NCBI GenBank assembly: GCA_026004735.1 | Contig: BPJS01000001.1 | Location: 2,529,641 to 2,553,640 of the forward strand | Direction: 5' to 3' | DNA: 24,000 bases | Origin: Isosphaeraceae bacterium | Lineage (GTDB): Bacteria; Planctomycetota; Planctomycetia; Isosphaerales; Isosphaeraceae | In this document: in pieces, positions 8,713-16,522 of the stretch | How the letters are laid out: each line of letters opens with the position of its first letter | Numbering within the stretch: the stretch's first letter is position 1 | Translations under genes and position numbers: made by a program | Notes under the pieces: generated by a model | Database searches by the model: none | Told to the model about the DNA's origin: nothing | Seen by the model: only the letters and a program-made list of their open reading frames with translations

Positions 8713-8955
8713 ATGGACGTTACGCTCGAATATTGCGCGGCTTGAAACTATGAGCCTCAGGCCGTCAGTCTGACGGCGAAGCTGCTGCCCCGGTATAAGT
8801 TTGCGATCCGGACGTTTCGGTTGATTCCCTCGCGAGGCGGATGTTTTGAGTTGAAGGTAGGAGATCGGCTGCTGTATTCGAAGCTGGCGACGGGCCGGTT
8901 TCCGGATGAGGATCAGTTGGTGGCCGAGGTCGGCAAGGCGCTCGGCGCTCCGTAG
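8713..8955 (+). CDS. SelW-like (Rdx family) selenoprotein; the in-frame TGA at 8743-8745 is read as selenocysteine
   Basis: Manual translation from ATG 8713 gives MDVTLEYCAAUNYEPQAVSLTAKLLPRYKFAIRTFRLIPSRGGCFELKVGDRLLYSKLATGRFPDEDQLVAEVGKALGAP, ending at TAG 8953-8955. It has a CxxU motif in the Rdx position after the first strand, the GGxFE block and the SK...G.FP block. GGGAGG lies 11 nt upstream of the ATG. A hairpin follows the TGA. Confidence 0.8.
8761..8777 (+). promoter_or_regulatory. Candidate bacterial SECIS hairpin for the SelW-like gene
   Basis: GCCGTCA (8761-8767) pairs perfectly with TGACGGC (8771-8777), and the apical loop is GTC. The loop starts 22 nt after the TGA and begins with G-U, as bacterial SECIS models expect. 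Confidence 0.55.
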
Positions 8956-8983
8956 AACCGGCTGCGACCCCGAGGCCTGATCC

Positions 8984-10042
8984 GTGACGTTCGGCCGGAA
9001 GAAGCGACTGACCGACTACGCCAACTGCGCCGGCTGAGCGGGCAAGTTATCCCCGGGGGGGATCGCGCAGGTTCTGCGCGAGTTGCCGAGTCGGGCGGAT
9101 GACCCCAACGTGCTGGTCGCTATGGAGACGGCCGACGACGCGGGGGTCTACCGTCTCGATGCGCGCACCGCGCTGGTGCAGACGGTGGACTTTTTCCCGC
9201 CCCTGGTCGATGACCCGGAGACGTATGGGCGGATCGCCGCGGCTAACGCCCTTTCGGACGTTTACGCGATGAACGGGCGTCCGCTGACGGCGCTGAACAT
9301 CGTGGGATTCCCGGACGATGAGCTCGATCTGGGTGTGCTTGCGGCTATTCTCCGCGGCGGAGCCGAGCGGGTGGCCGCGGCGGGCGCGGCGCTGATCGGC
9401 GGCCATTCGGTCCGCGACGCGGAGATTAAGTACGGTTTGAGCGTGACGGGACTGGTGGACCCGGCGGACTTGTTGACCAATGCGACGGCTCAGATGGGCG
9501 ATGCGTTGGTGCTGACCAAGCCGCTGGGGACAGGGTTTGTGACGACAGCGAATAAGAAGGGGGCGTGCCCGCCGGAGGTGCTGGAGGCGGCGGTGGCCTC
9601 GATGGTGCAGTTGAACGCGATCGGTCGGGACGCGCTGCGCGAGGCTGGCGGGGCGCACGCGCTGACTGATGTGACCGGATTCGGCCTGGCCGGACACGCC
9701 AGCGAGATGGCCGAGGCGTCGCGACTGACGATCGAACTGGACACACGCGCGTTGCCGCGGATTGCCGGCTCGGAGCCGCTGGCGGTGCCGAAGTTTTACA
9801 CGCGGGCGAGTCGGGGAAACCGGGAGTTTCTGGACGGACGGATCGAGATCACGGCCGGCGCGGATCCATTGGGGGTCGAGTATGCCTTCGACGCGCAAAC
9901 CTCCGGCGGGCTGCTCATCGCCGTGGATCCGGCGCATGTCGATCGGTTGATCGATGCCTTGCGTCGCCGGGGCGCGCTGGCGGCGGAGGTGGTGGGGCGG
10001 GTGGTGGCGCGTCGGGGTGCGGTGGCGATCGTGCTCAACTGA
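8984..10042 (+). CDS. selD: Selenide, water dikinase (selenophosphate synthetase) SelD, Sec-containing form; the in-frame TGA at 9035-9037 is read as selenocysteine
   Basis: The track ORF 9083-10042 (VLVAMETADDAGVY..., DFFPPLVDDPETYGRIAAANALSDVYAMNG, GGHS) is clearly a PurM-superfamily SelD, but it lacks the N-terminal active-site loop. Reading the same frame upstream from GTG 8984 gives MTFGRKKRLTDYANCAGUAGKLSPGGIAQVLRELPSRADD. This matches the E. coli [20 protein letters not shown] loop, with U in the Cys17 position and the Lys three residues later. The product is 352 aa, a typical SelD length. Confidence 0.92.
9063..9081 (+). promoter_or_regulatory. Candidate bacterial SECIS hairpin for selD
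   Basis: CGCGCAG (9064-9070) pairs perfectly with CTGCGCG (9074-9080), the 9063/9081 T-A pair extends the stem, and the apical loop is GTT. The loop starts 33 nt after the TGA. A possible outer stem pairs GGCAA (9041-9045) with TTGCC (9083-9087). Confidence 0.55.
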
Positions 10043-10103
10043 ATGTGCCAGGCCGGGCGGTCCGGCGGCCGGTGATGGCCGGAGCAGCGAGGGGTGATTC
10101 CCT

Positions 10104-11105
10104 TCAGATTTCCAGCGAGGACGGGGCTGGGGCCGGGTGGCGGGACGGGTCGCAGCGCTCGGCGATGACGTCGGCGAGGATCTGGTCGAGCGAGCGGCTG
10201 GGCTGGTAGCCGATCAGTTGCCGGATTTTGGTCAGGTCGGGCACGCGGCGAAGCATATCTTCAAAGCCAGCAGTGTAGGCTTCGCTGTACGGGACCAGAC
10301 GAATCGGGCTGATCCCGCCGGTCAGGGAGCGGACGCGGTGGGCCAGTTCGAGGATGGAGACCTCCTCGCTGTTGCCGACGTTGAAGACCTGGCCGCGGCT
10401 GTGGGGGTGGTCCATGAGAGCGACCAGGGCCGAGACGACGTCGGCGACGTGGGCGAAGCAGCGGGTCTGGTGTCCGTCGCCGTAGACCGTGATGGGCTGG
10501 CCGGCCAATCCCTGTTCGACGAACCGGGGGATGACCATGCCGTAGCGGCCGGTCTGGCGAGGACCGACGGTGTTGAAGAGCCGGGCGACGATGACCGGCA
10601 GGCGGGATTCGTGCCAGTGGGCCAGAGCCAAAAATTCGTCGAGCGCCTTGGCGCAGGCGTAGGCCCAGCGGCGGGTGGTGGTCGGCCCGATCAGGGTATC
10701 GTCGGTCTCGACGAAGGGGACTTTGGTGCTCTTGCCGTAGACCTCGCTGGTGGAGGTCAGGAGGATCGGGCGGCGGTAGCGTGCGCAGGCGCGGAGGACG
10801 ACGTCGGTTCCGTTGACGATCGTCTCGATGGTTCGGACTGGCTGATCGACGACCAGGCGGACGCCGACCGCGCTGGCAAGGTGGAAGACGGCCTGGCACT
10901 CGGCGACGCAGCGATCGACGGTGGCTGGCTCCGTGACACTGGCGACGAGGATGGCGAACCCGGCCCGGCCTTCGAGGTGGGCGACGTTTTCGAATCGGCC
11001 GGTGCTGAGGTCGTCGAGCAGGAGGACGGCGTGGCCGTCATCGAGCAAGCGTTCGGCCAGATGGCTGCCGATAAAACCACAGCCGCCGGTGATCAGGTAG
11101 CGCAT
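10104..11105 (-). CDS. NAD-dependent epimerase/dehydratase (extended SDR; UDP-sugar epimerase or decarboxylase-like)
   Basis: The internal ATG at 11105 gives MRYLITGGCGFIGSHLAERLL, a GxxGxxG Rossmann motif at the very N-terminus. A YxxxK catalytic motif (YACAK) is present, and the length is 334 aa. The 58 aa upstream in the track ORF are Arg/Pro-rich and are probably not translated. Confidence 0.9.
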   Translation of the reverse strand: MRYLITGGCGFIGSHLAERLLDDGHAVLLLDDLSTGRFENVAHLEGRAGFAILVASVTEPATVDRCVAECQAVFHLASAVGVRLVVDQPVRTIETIVNGTDVVLRACARYRRPILLTSTSEVYGKSTKVPFVETDDTLIGPTTTRRWAYACAKALDEFLALAHWHESRLPVIVARLFNTVGPRQTGRYGMVIPRFVEQGLAGQPITVYGDGHQTRCFAHVADVVSALVALMDHPHSRGQVFNVGNSEEVSILELAHRVRSLTGGISPIRLVPYSEAYTAGFEDMLRRVPDLTKIRQLIGYQPSRSLDQILADVIAERCDPSRHPAPAPSSLEI

Positions 11106-11303
11106 GGGGAGAGATGGCGATTCGAGCGTCGGGCCAGACCTGCCGAAAGACCGAAGGGGTGCGGGCCGCGGTTTTGATCGTAACGGTGGCGTGGCGGCCG
11201 CGGGAACCATCCAGGCCCAGCGTGGCGGCCGACGCTCAGCCTTGTCCGCGCCGCCGAGGCAGATCCGGATCGACCCCACAGAGACGAAGAACGGTCTGGG
11301 AGA

Positions 11304-11903
11304 TCAGGGATCGAGCGCGACGTTCCAGTAGGCTTCGCTGAGGAACTTCGACCAACTGGCGATGCGAATCCCGTTGGAGGCGTAGAGTGGCTTCCAGCTC
11401 GGCCGGAACGGGCGGCGGAGGAGTTTCATGCCGGCTTGCTCGGGGGTGCGGTTGGCTTTGCGGGCGTTGCAGGGGACGCAGGCCAAGACGCAGTTGTCCC
11501 AGCGCGAGCTGCCTCCCTGGGAGCGGGGGATGACGTGGTCGATGGTCAGTTCCTGGCTGCCGGGACGGGCGCCGCAGTATTGGCAGGTGGCGTGGTCGCG
11601 TTTGAAGATGTTGCGGCGGCTGAAGGTGACGGTGGTCTCGCGGGGGCGGTCGTAACGAGTCAGGGCGAGGACTTCGGGAACGCGGAGGCGGAAGGTGACG
11701 GCCTGGAGGAACGGCTCGCCCTCGCGGGGACGGAGCTTGGCCCAGTCGGACCAGGTGTAGAGGCGGAAGTCGTCAGGGTCGACGACGCGGGCCGACTCGT
11801 TCCAGAGCATGACCAGCGAGCGGGCCACGGAGGCGACGTTGACCGGCTGCCAGTTGCGGTTCAGGATCAGGGTGGGGCGTTCCAGGACGGATGCGGCGGA
11901 CAT
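11304..11903 (-). CDS. HNH endonuclease family protein (stand-alone)
   Basis: Only the C-terminal ~200 aa of the 457-aa track ORF look real: MSAASVLERPTLILNRNWQP...CQYCGARPGSQELTIDHVIPRSQGGSSRWDNCVLACVPCNARKANR, a canonical HNH core with Cys pairs. The ATG is at 11903, with an alternative ATG at 11942. The upstream part overlaps cinA on the other strand and is low complexity. Confidence 0.85.
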   Translation of the reverse strand: MSAASVLERPTLILNRNWQPVNVASVARSLVMLWNESARVVDPDDFRLYTWSDWAKLRPREGEPFLQAVTFRLRVPEVLALTRYDRPRETTVTFSRRNIFKRDHATCQYCGARPGSQELTIDHVIPRSQGGSSRWDNCVLACVPCNARKANRTPEQAGMKLLRRPFRPSWKPLYASNGIRIASWSKFLSEAYWNVALDP

Positions 11904-12137
11904 CGCGGCGGGGTCTCCCCGTGGCGGTCTCGGACGGGCCATCCGTGAGGCGTTATCATTAGAACACAAGAAGAGCGGGTTTGGGAAAGCCCCCAAGGTA
12001 GGGGGCCGGGCCGCCTTCATGCAAACTTCGCGCAAGCGGGTTGGTCCGGGGGGAGCCACGAAGGGCTGACTGGGGATGGACCGGGCGACGTGCCCGACCA
12101 GGTGGCCAGGCGAAAGGTTCGGGGGAGGGTCTGCCCG

Positions 12138-13409
12138 GTGGATGCGGAGGTGATTGCGGTCGGGAGCGAGCTGACCAGCGGACAAAAGCTGGATACGAAC
12201 ACGCAGTGGTTGAGTCGGCGGTTGGGCGAGCTGGGGGTTCGGGTTCGGTATCAGACGACGGTGGCCGATGAGTTGATGGACCAGGTGGAGATTTTGCGGG
12301 CTGCGGCGGCGCGGGCGCAATTGGTGGTGATTGGGGGTGGGCTGGGACCGACCCAGGACGATCTGACGCGGGAGGCATTGGGGATCGTGGCGGGTGTGGC
12401 GTTGGTGGAGGACGCGGGCTGTCGGCGAGATCTGGAGGCGTTTTTTTCGCGGCGGAATCGGCCGATGCCGGTGCGGAATCGGGTTCAGGCGTTGATTCCG
12501 GAAGGAGCCGAGCCGTTGCCGAACCGGGTCGGGACCGCGCCGGGGATCTGGTTGGAGCATGGGGGGACGATCTTTGTGGCGCTGCCGGGGGTGCCGGGCG
12601 AGCTGATGATTCTGTTTGACGAGCAGGTGGCGCCGCGGCTGCGTGCGACGGGGCGGCTTGGGCCCGTCCGGGTCCACCGGGTGATCAACCTGTTCGGAAA
12701 GGGGGAGTCGGAATTGGAGGCCGAGGCGCTCGACCTGACGGTTCGGGGCCGCCAGCCCGAGGTGGGGATCACAGCTAGCGATGCGACCATTAGTTTTCGG
12801 GTGACCGGAGAGGGGCCGACCGAGGCGGAGGCGCTGGCGGCGATCGAGCCGACGGTGCGGCTGATTTACGAGCGGTTTGGCGAGTGGATCGTGGGCGAGG
12901 GGCCGGTGGACGTGGCCGAGGCGTTGGCGCTGGAGCTCGCGCGGACCGGCGCGCGGCTAGCGGTCGCCGAAAGCTGTACCGGGGGACTGATTGCCAAGCG
13001 GATCACGGACGTCGCGGGGGTCAGTCCGTACTTCATGGGAGGGGTCGTCTCCTACGCGAATGCGCTGAAGGTGAGTCTGGCCGGCGTAGACCCGAAGCTG
13101 ATCGAACACCATGGTGCGGTCAGTGGCGAGGTGGCCGAGGCTATGGCCGCCGGCATCCGCCGGGTGGCGGGTGCGGATCTGGGGCTGTCGGTCACGGGAA
13201 TCGCCGGACCGGGGGGAGGAACGCCCGAGAAGCCGGTGGGATTGGTGTATTTGGGCCTGGCGTGGGGGGGAGGTGTGGAGCATCGCCGGCTGCTGCTCGG
13301 TTCGGAACAGCCGCGGGCGGTAATCCGAAGTCGGGCGGCCAAGCATGCGATGAACTGGGTGCGGCAGAGGCTGAGGGACTGGCCGTCACGGGACGAGCCG
13401 TCCGAGTGA
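12138..13409 (+). CDS. cinA: CinA family protein: N-terminal MoCF-biosynthesis-like domain plus C-terminal nicotinamide-nucleotide amidohydrolase (PncC) domain
   Basis: VDAEVIAVGSELTSGQKLDTNTQWLSRRLGELG...VIGGGLGPTQDDLTREAL is the typical CinA N-terminus. LAVAESCTGGLIAKRITDVAGVSPYFMGGVVSYAN is the PncC signature. I chose the GTG start at 12138 by homology-style reasoning; the track start is 12090. Confidence 0.88.
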   Translation: MDAEVIAVGSELTSGQKLDTNTQWLSRRLGELGVRVRYQTTVADELMDQVEILRAAAARAQLVVIGGGLGPTQDDLTREALGIVAGVALVEDAGCRRDLEAFFSRRNRPMPVRNRVQALIPEGAEPLPNRVGTAPGIWLEHGGTIFVALPGVPGELMILFDEQVAPRLRATGRLGPVRVHRVINLFGKGESELEAEALDLTVRGRQPEVGITASDATISFRVTGEGPTEAEALAAIEPTVRLIYERFGEWIVGEGPVDVAEALALELARTGARLAVAESCTGGLIAKRITDVAGVSPYFMGGVVSYANALKVSLAGVDPKLIEHHGAVSGEVAEAMAAGIRRVAGADLGLSVTGIAGPGGGTPEKPVGLVYLGLAWGGGVEHRRLLLGSEQPRAVIRSRAAKHAMNWVRQRLRDWPSRDEPSE

Positions 13410-13552
13410 CCCAGTCGGTCGGAGGAACAGCGGGGATCAGCGAACGATCGCAGGGTCGGCGACGCAGGCGGCCGGGTGCGTTGTGGAGGTTGCGCGAACC
13501 GGGGAGGCGGCGGCGGTTGGCGGATTGCCGACTGGAGACGGTCGAGAGCCAG

Positions 13553-14302
13553 TCAGGGAGTCTGCTCCCAGAGCCGTCGCGCTTCGGGATGGTGGTCGCG
13601 GAGCCACGCGGTGGCGGCGTCGAGCCACGAACGGCGCAGGTTGGAGCGTGGGGGGGCGTCCAGGGCGTGGAGCAGGATCGTGGCGAGTTGGGCATGATCG
13701 CCGTGGCTCTCGGCTTGGAGAGTCGCGCGGGCTTGAGGATCGTCACGGCCGGCTGCCCGAGCGTAGGCGGCCCAGAGGGCCAGGATCGGGTCATTGGAGC
13801 CGCTCAGTTCGTCGAGGGGGGCTTTGGGGAGGGGATGGGAATCGGCGCCGTAGGCCAGCGGGCGGATCAGGAGGACACGGAGCCAGGCAGGCCAGCCTTG
13901 GCTGCGTGCCACGGCCAGTGCGTAACCGTTGGGATCGGCGGCGATGGCCTCATCGGTGAGGGCCTCGGCAAGCAGGTAGCGGGCTTGGTCGGGTGGGACC
14001 CGGCTGAGCGCCAGATCCCAGAGCTGGCGGGGAGTGACCGCGGGATTGGTCGCGAGGCGCTGGGCCGCAGCGATTCGTTCGGCAACGGGTCGCGCTGGAT
14101 CATTTAGGACGTAGATCGCTTCCCAGACGTTGCGCAGGCCCCAGACGCTCCAGGAAAACCAGGCGATCAGGCCGGTCAGGACGAACAGGCCGGCGAGGCT
14201 GAGCACGAACAGAGCGCCGTAGCGGTCAGCGATCGAACGACGGGGCGCTGACGGAGGCGATGGCGCGCTGGGCAGGATCGGCAGCTCGGGGTAGCGAGTC
14301 AT
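13553..14302 (-). CDS. Hypothetical single-pass membrane protein with an alpha-helical repeat-like ectodomain
   Basis: The ATG at 14302 gives MTRYPELPILP..., followed by a TM helix (YGALFVLSLAGLFVLTGLIAWFSWSVWGL) and an Ala/Leu/Arg-rich helical region. It is convergent with cinA and divergent from the SPFH gene. No family motif recognised. Confidence 0.5.
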   Translation of the reverse strand: MTRYPELPILPSAPSPPSAPRRSIADRYGALFVLSLAGLFVLTGLIAWFSWSVWGLRNVWEAIYVLNDPARPVAERIAAAQRLATNPAVTPRQLWDLALSRVPPDQARYLLAEALTDEAIAADPNGYALAVARSQGWPAWLRVLLIRPLAYGADSHPLPKAPLDELSGSNDPILALWAAYARAAGRDDPQARATLQAESHGDHAQLATILLHALDAPPRSNLRRSWLDAATAWLRDHHPEARRLWEQTP

Positions 14303-14426
14303 CGCGGAGGGTCCGTGGTCGATCGTAGGAGGGCCGATCATGGCGTGACAGTGGTCGTCCCGCCCGTTATGGTAATCGGATCCGCTCGCAACGGACGCGG
14401 GCCTTGCGGTCACGAGGGGCGTGGCG

Positions 14427-15347
14427 ATGTTCAATCTGGGCTACTACAAGGCTCTGCCGACGGAATTCGTCCAGAAATACGCGGGCGGCCGGCTCGCCCG
14501 CGAAGGGCATGGACTGGCGTTTTTCTACCTCAAGTTTCGGACTCAGATCGTCGCTGTACCCACCAGCAGCATCGACTCCAACTTCGTGTTCCAGGAGGTG
14601 ACCAGCAATTTCCAAGCGGTGACGATCCAGGGCCAGTTCACCTACCGCATCGCCGAGCCCAAGCGGACAGCGACCCTGCTCAACTTCTCGATCGACCCAC
14701 GCACCCGGGCTTACCTCTCCAACGACCCCGAGCGGCTCCCGCAACGCATCACCAACATCGTCCAGATGGAGACCCGCAGCGCGATCCAGGGCCGCTCGCT
14801 CGAGGAGGTGCTCGGCCAGTTCGAGGCGATCGCCGCCGCCGTGCAGGGGCGAATCCAGCAGTCGCGCCTTCTCGAGCCGCTGGGCGTCGAGCTGATGAGT
14901 CTCTTTTTCACATCTGCCCGACCTACTCCCGAGGTCGCCAAGGCGCTTGAGGCCGGTTATCGCGAGCAACTGCTGAGGCGGGCCGACGAGGCAATGGCCG
15001 CACGCCGTGCCGCAGCCATCGAGGACGAGAAGACGATCAAGCAGCGCGAGCTGGAGACGGAGATCTCGCTCGAAGAACAGCGGAAAGGCCTGATCGACCT
15101 CCAGGGGCAGAACGCGTTGCAGGAGGCCGAGGCCCGCGGCAAAGCCGCTGAGGTCGAGGGCCAGTACCGGGCCCGGGCGCGCGAGGTGGAGCTGGCCGTC
15201 TACCAGACGATCGAGCCCCGCAAGCTCCTGGCCCTTGCCCTGCACGAGATGGGCGAGAACGCCGGGCGTGTCGGCACCCTGACAATCACCAGCGAGATCG
15301 TCTCGTCGCTGCTCCAGGGGCAGTCGGCCGAGCGGGACGGTGCGTGA
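14427..15347 (+). CDS. SPFH (band 7/flotillin-like) domain protein with a C-terminal coiled coil and no N-terminal TM helix
   Basis: The SPFH core pattern is present (FVFQEVTSNFQAVTIQGQFTYRIAEP, then ...IVQMETRSAIQGRSLEEVL). An Ala/Glu/Arg-rich coiled coil follows (EDEKTIKQRELETEISLEEQRKGLIDLQGQNALQEAEARGKAAEVEGQYRARAREVE). GAGGGG lies 7 nt upstream of ATG 14427; the track start is GTG 14421. Confidence 0.82.
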   Translation: MFNLGYYKALPTEFVQKYAGGRLAREGHGLAFFYLKFRTQIVAVPTSSIDSNFVFQEVTSNFQAVTIQGQFTYRIAEPKRTATLLNFSIDPRTRAYLSNDPERLPQRITNIVQMETRSAIQGRSLEEVLGQFEAIAAAVQGRIQQSRLLEPLGVELMSLFFTSARPTPEVAKALEAGYREQLLRRADEAMAARRAAAIEDEKTIKQRELETEISLEEQRKGLIDLQGQNALQEAEARGKAAEVEGQYRARAREVELAVYQTIEPRKLLALALHEMGENAGRVGTLTITSEIVSSLLQGQSAERDGA

Positions 15348-16375
15348 TGGCATCGGGTCCGAAGCTGGTTCTCGTCACACGCAAGACGGCGCTCGAAGAA
15401 CTCCTCGAGCGGCACACCACGGTCAGCCGCGCGCGATTCGCGATCGAGCAGGCCGGCGGGGAATTCGAGCCGTATCAGGCAGCCCACGACACGTATCACG
15501 CCGCGCTCGACCGGATCCGGGCAAGCCTGCCGCGCGAGCAGCGTGTCCAGCAGGTCGACCGCTCGTTCCTGCCCAACTTCCTCTTCGGCGACGACGACAT
15601 CGTGATGGTCGTCGGCCAGGACGGCCTGGTCGTCAACGCCGCCAAGTACCTGAGATCGCAGCCGGTGATTGCCGTGAACCCGGACCCGAGCCGGATCGAC
15701 GGCGTCCTTCTGCCTTTCTCGGTCGGCACGGCGCGACTGGGCCTGGCCCGCGTGCTGGCCGGCACGGCGACCTGCGAGCATGTGACGATGGCCGAGGCAC
15801 GGCTCAACGATGGTCAGTCGATCCTGGCCGTCAACGACCTGTTCGTCGGGGCCAGGACGCACATCTCCGCACGCTATCGGATCGGGTACCGTGGCGCGTC
15901 CGAGGACCAGTCTTCGAGCGGCATCCTGGTCTCGACCGGGGCGGGATCGACTGGCTGGCTGCGGTCGGTTTACACGGCCGTCGCAGAGATCGCCGCCGCA
16001 CTCGGGTGCCGCGAGGCCGAGCGGCTGCGAGAGGAGTATCGCTTCGACCGCCAGGCGCGCGAACTGGTGTTCGCCGTGCGCGAGCCGTTCGTGAGCCGGA
16101 CCTCCCAGGCCTCGATCGTCTTTGGCCGGATCGGCGAAGACGAAACTCTCACCGTCGAGTCGAAGATGCCCGGCCACGGCGTGATCTTTGGCGACGGCGT
16201 GGAGGAAGACTACCTCGAGTTCAATAGCGGGGCGATCGCCACGATTGGCGTCGCGGCGCGCACGCTGCGTCTCGTCTGTTCGAGCGAAGTGCTACCCGTC
16301 CGAGACGACGAGTCACACCGATCAACCAAGCCTGCGGCCATGCCAGTCCAGGCTCTTACGGACGAGCGCCGATAA
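15347..16375 (+). CDS. NAD kinase-like (ATP-NAD kinase / diacylglycerol-kinase fold) protein
   Basis: It carries a GGDG-type motif variant (DDDIVMVVGQDGLVVNAAK), an NE/ND motif (ILAVNDLFVG) and the glycine-rich NADK block (SSGILVSTGAGSTGWLRS). Its ATG overlaps the SPFH stop (TGATG), which suggests translational coupling. Confidence 0.78.
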   Translation: MASGPKLVLVTRKTALEELLERHTTVSRARFAIEQAGGEFEPYQAAHDTYHAALDRIRASLPREQRVQQVDRSFLPNFLFGDDDIVMVVGQDGLVVNAAKYLRSQPVIAVNPDPSRIDGVLLPFSVGTARLGLARVLAGTATCEHVTMAEARLNDGQSILAVNDLFVGARTHISARYRIGYRGASEDQSSSGILVSTGAGSTGWLRSVYTAVAEIAAALGCREAERLREEYRFDRQARELVFAVREPFVSRTSQASIVFGRIGEDETLTVESKMPGHGVIFGDGVEEDYLEFNSGAIATIGVAARTLRLVCSSEVLPVRDDESHRSTKPAAMPVQALTDERR

Positions 16376-16522
16376 CGCTATCCGCGGGCGGGCCAGGCTC
16401 CCATCCTTCCCACATTCGCTACGGCCGGCGTAACCTGTCTCAACCGCTTTCGAAATTCGCTCCAGCGGCCCTCCGCGGCGGCTGGGGCAGTTGGCCTGTT
16501 CCACCCTCTCCGAAGCCGCCCC

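Noticed and set aside
8978-8980. The TGA immediately upstream of the selD GTG start, considered as a possible additional Sec codon
   Set aside because: The upstream sequence in that frame has no SelD-like or coding character. GTG 8984 gives an N-terminal length typical of SelD. I treat this TGA as an ordinary stop.
9047-9937. A 296-aa minus-strand ORF antisense to selD. Similar long antisense or alternative-frame ORFs occur at 2523-3347, 4393-5514, 5514-6455, 10137-11177, 12884-14107, 14367-15353, 15200-16177, 15340-16227, 17895-19046, 20382-21179 and 22645-23595.
   Set aside because: All are Arg/Pro/Gly/His-rich low-complexity translations lying opposite, or out of frame with, genes that carry clear family motifs. 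This is the expected stop-codon-poor shadow of very GC-rich coding DNA.
11904-12677. The N-terminal ~250 aa of the 457-aa ORF containing the HNH domain
   Set aside because: The sequence is Pro/Arg/His/Gln-rich, overlaps cinA on the opposite strand, and lies upstream of a good internal ATG that yields a normal-length HNH protein.
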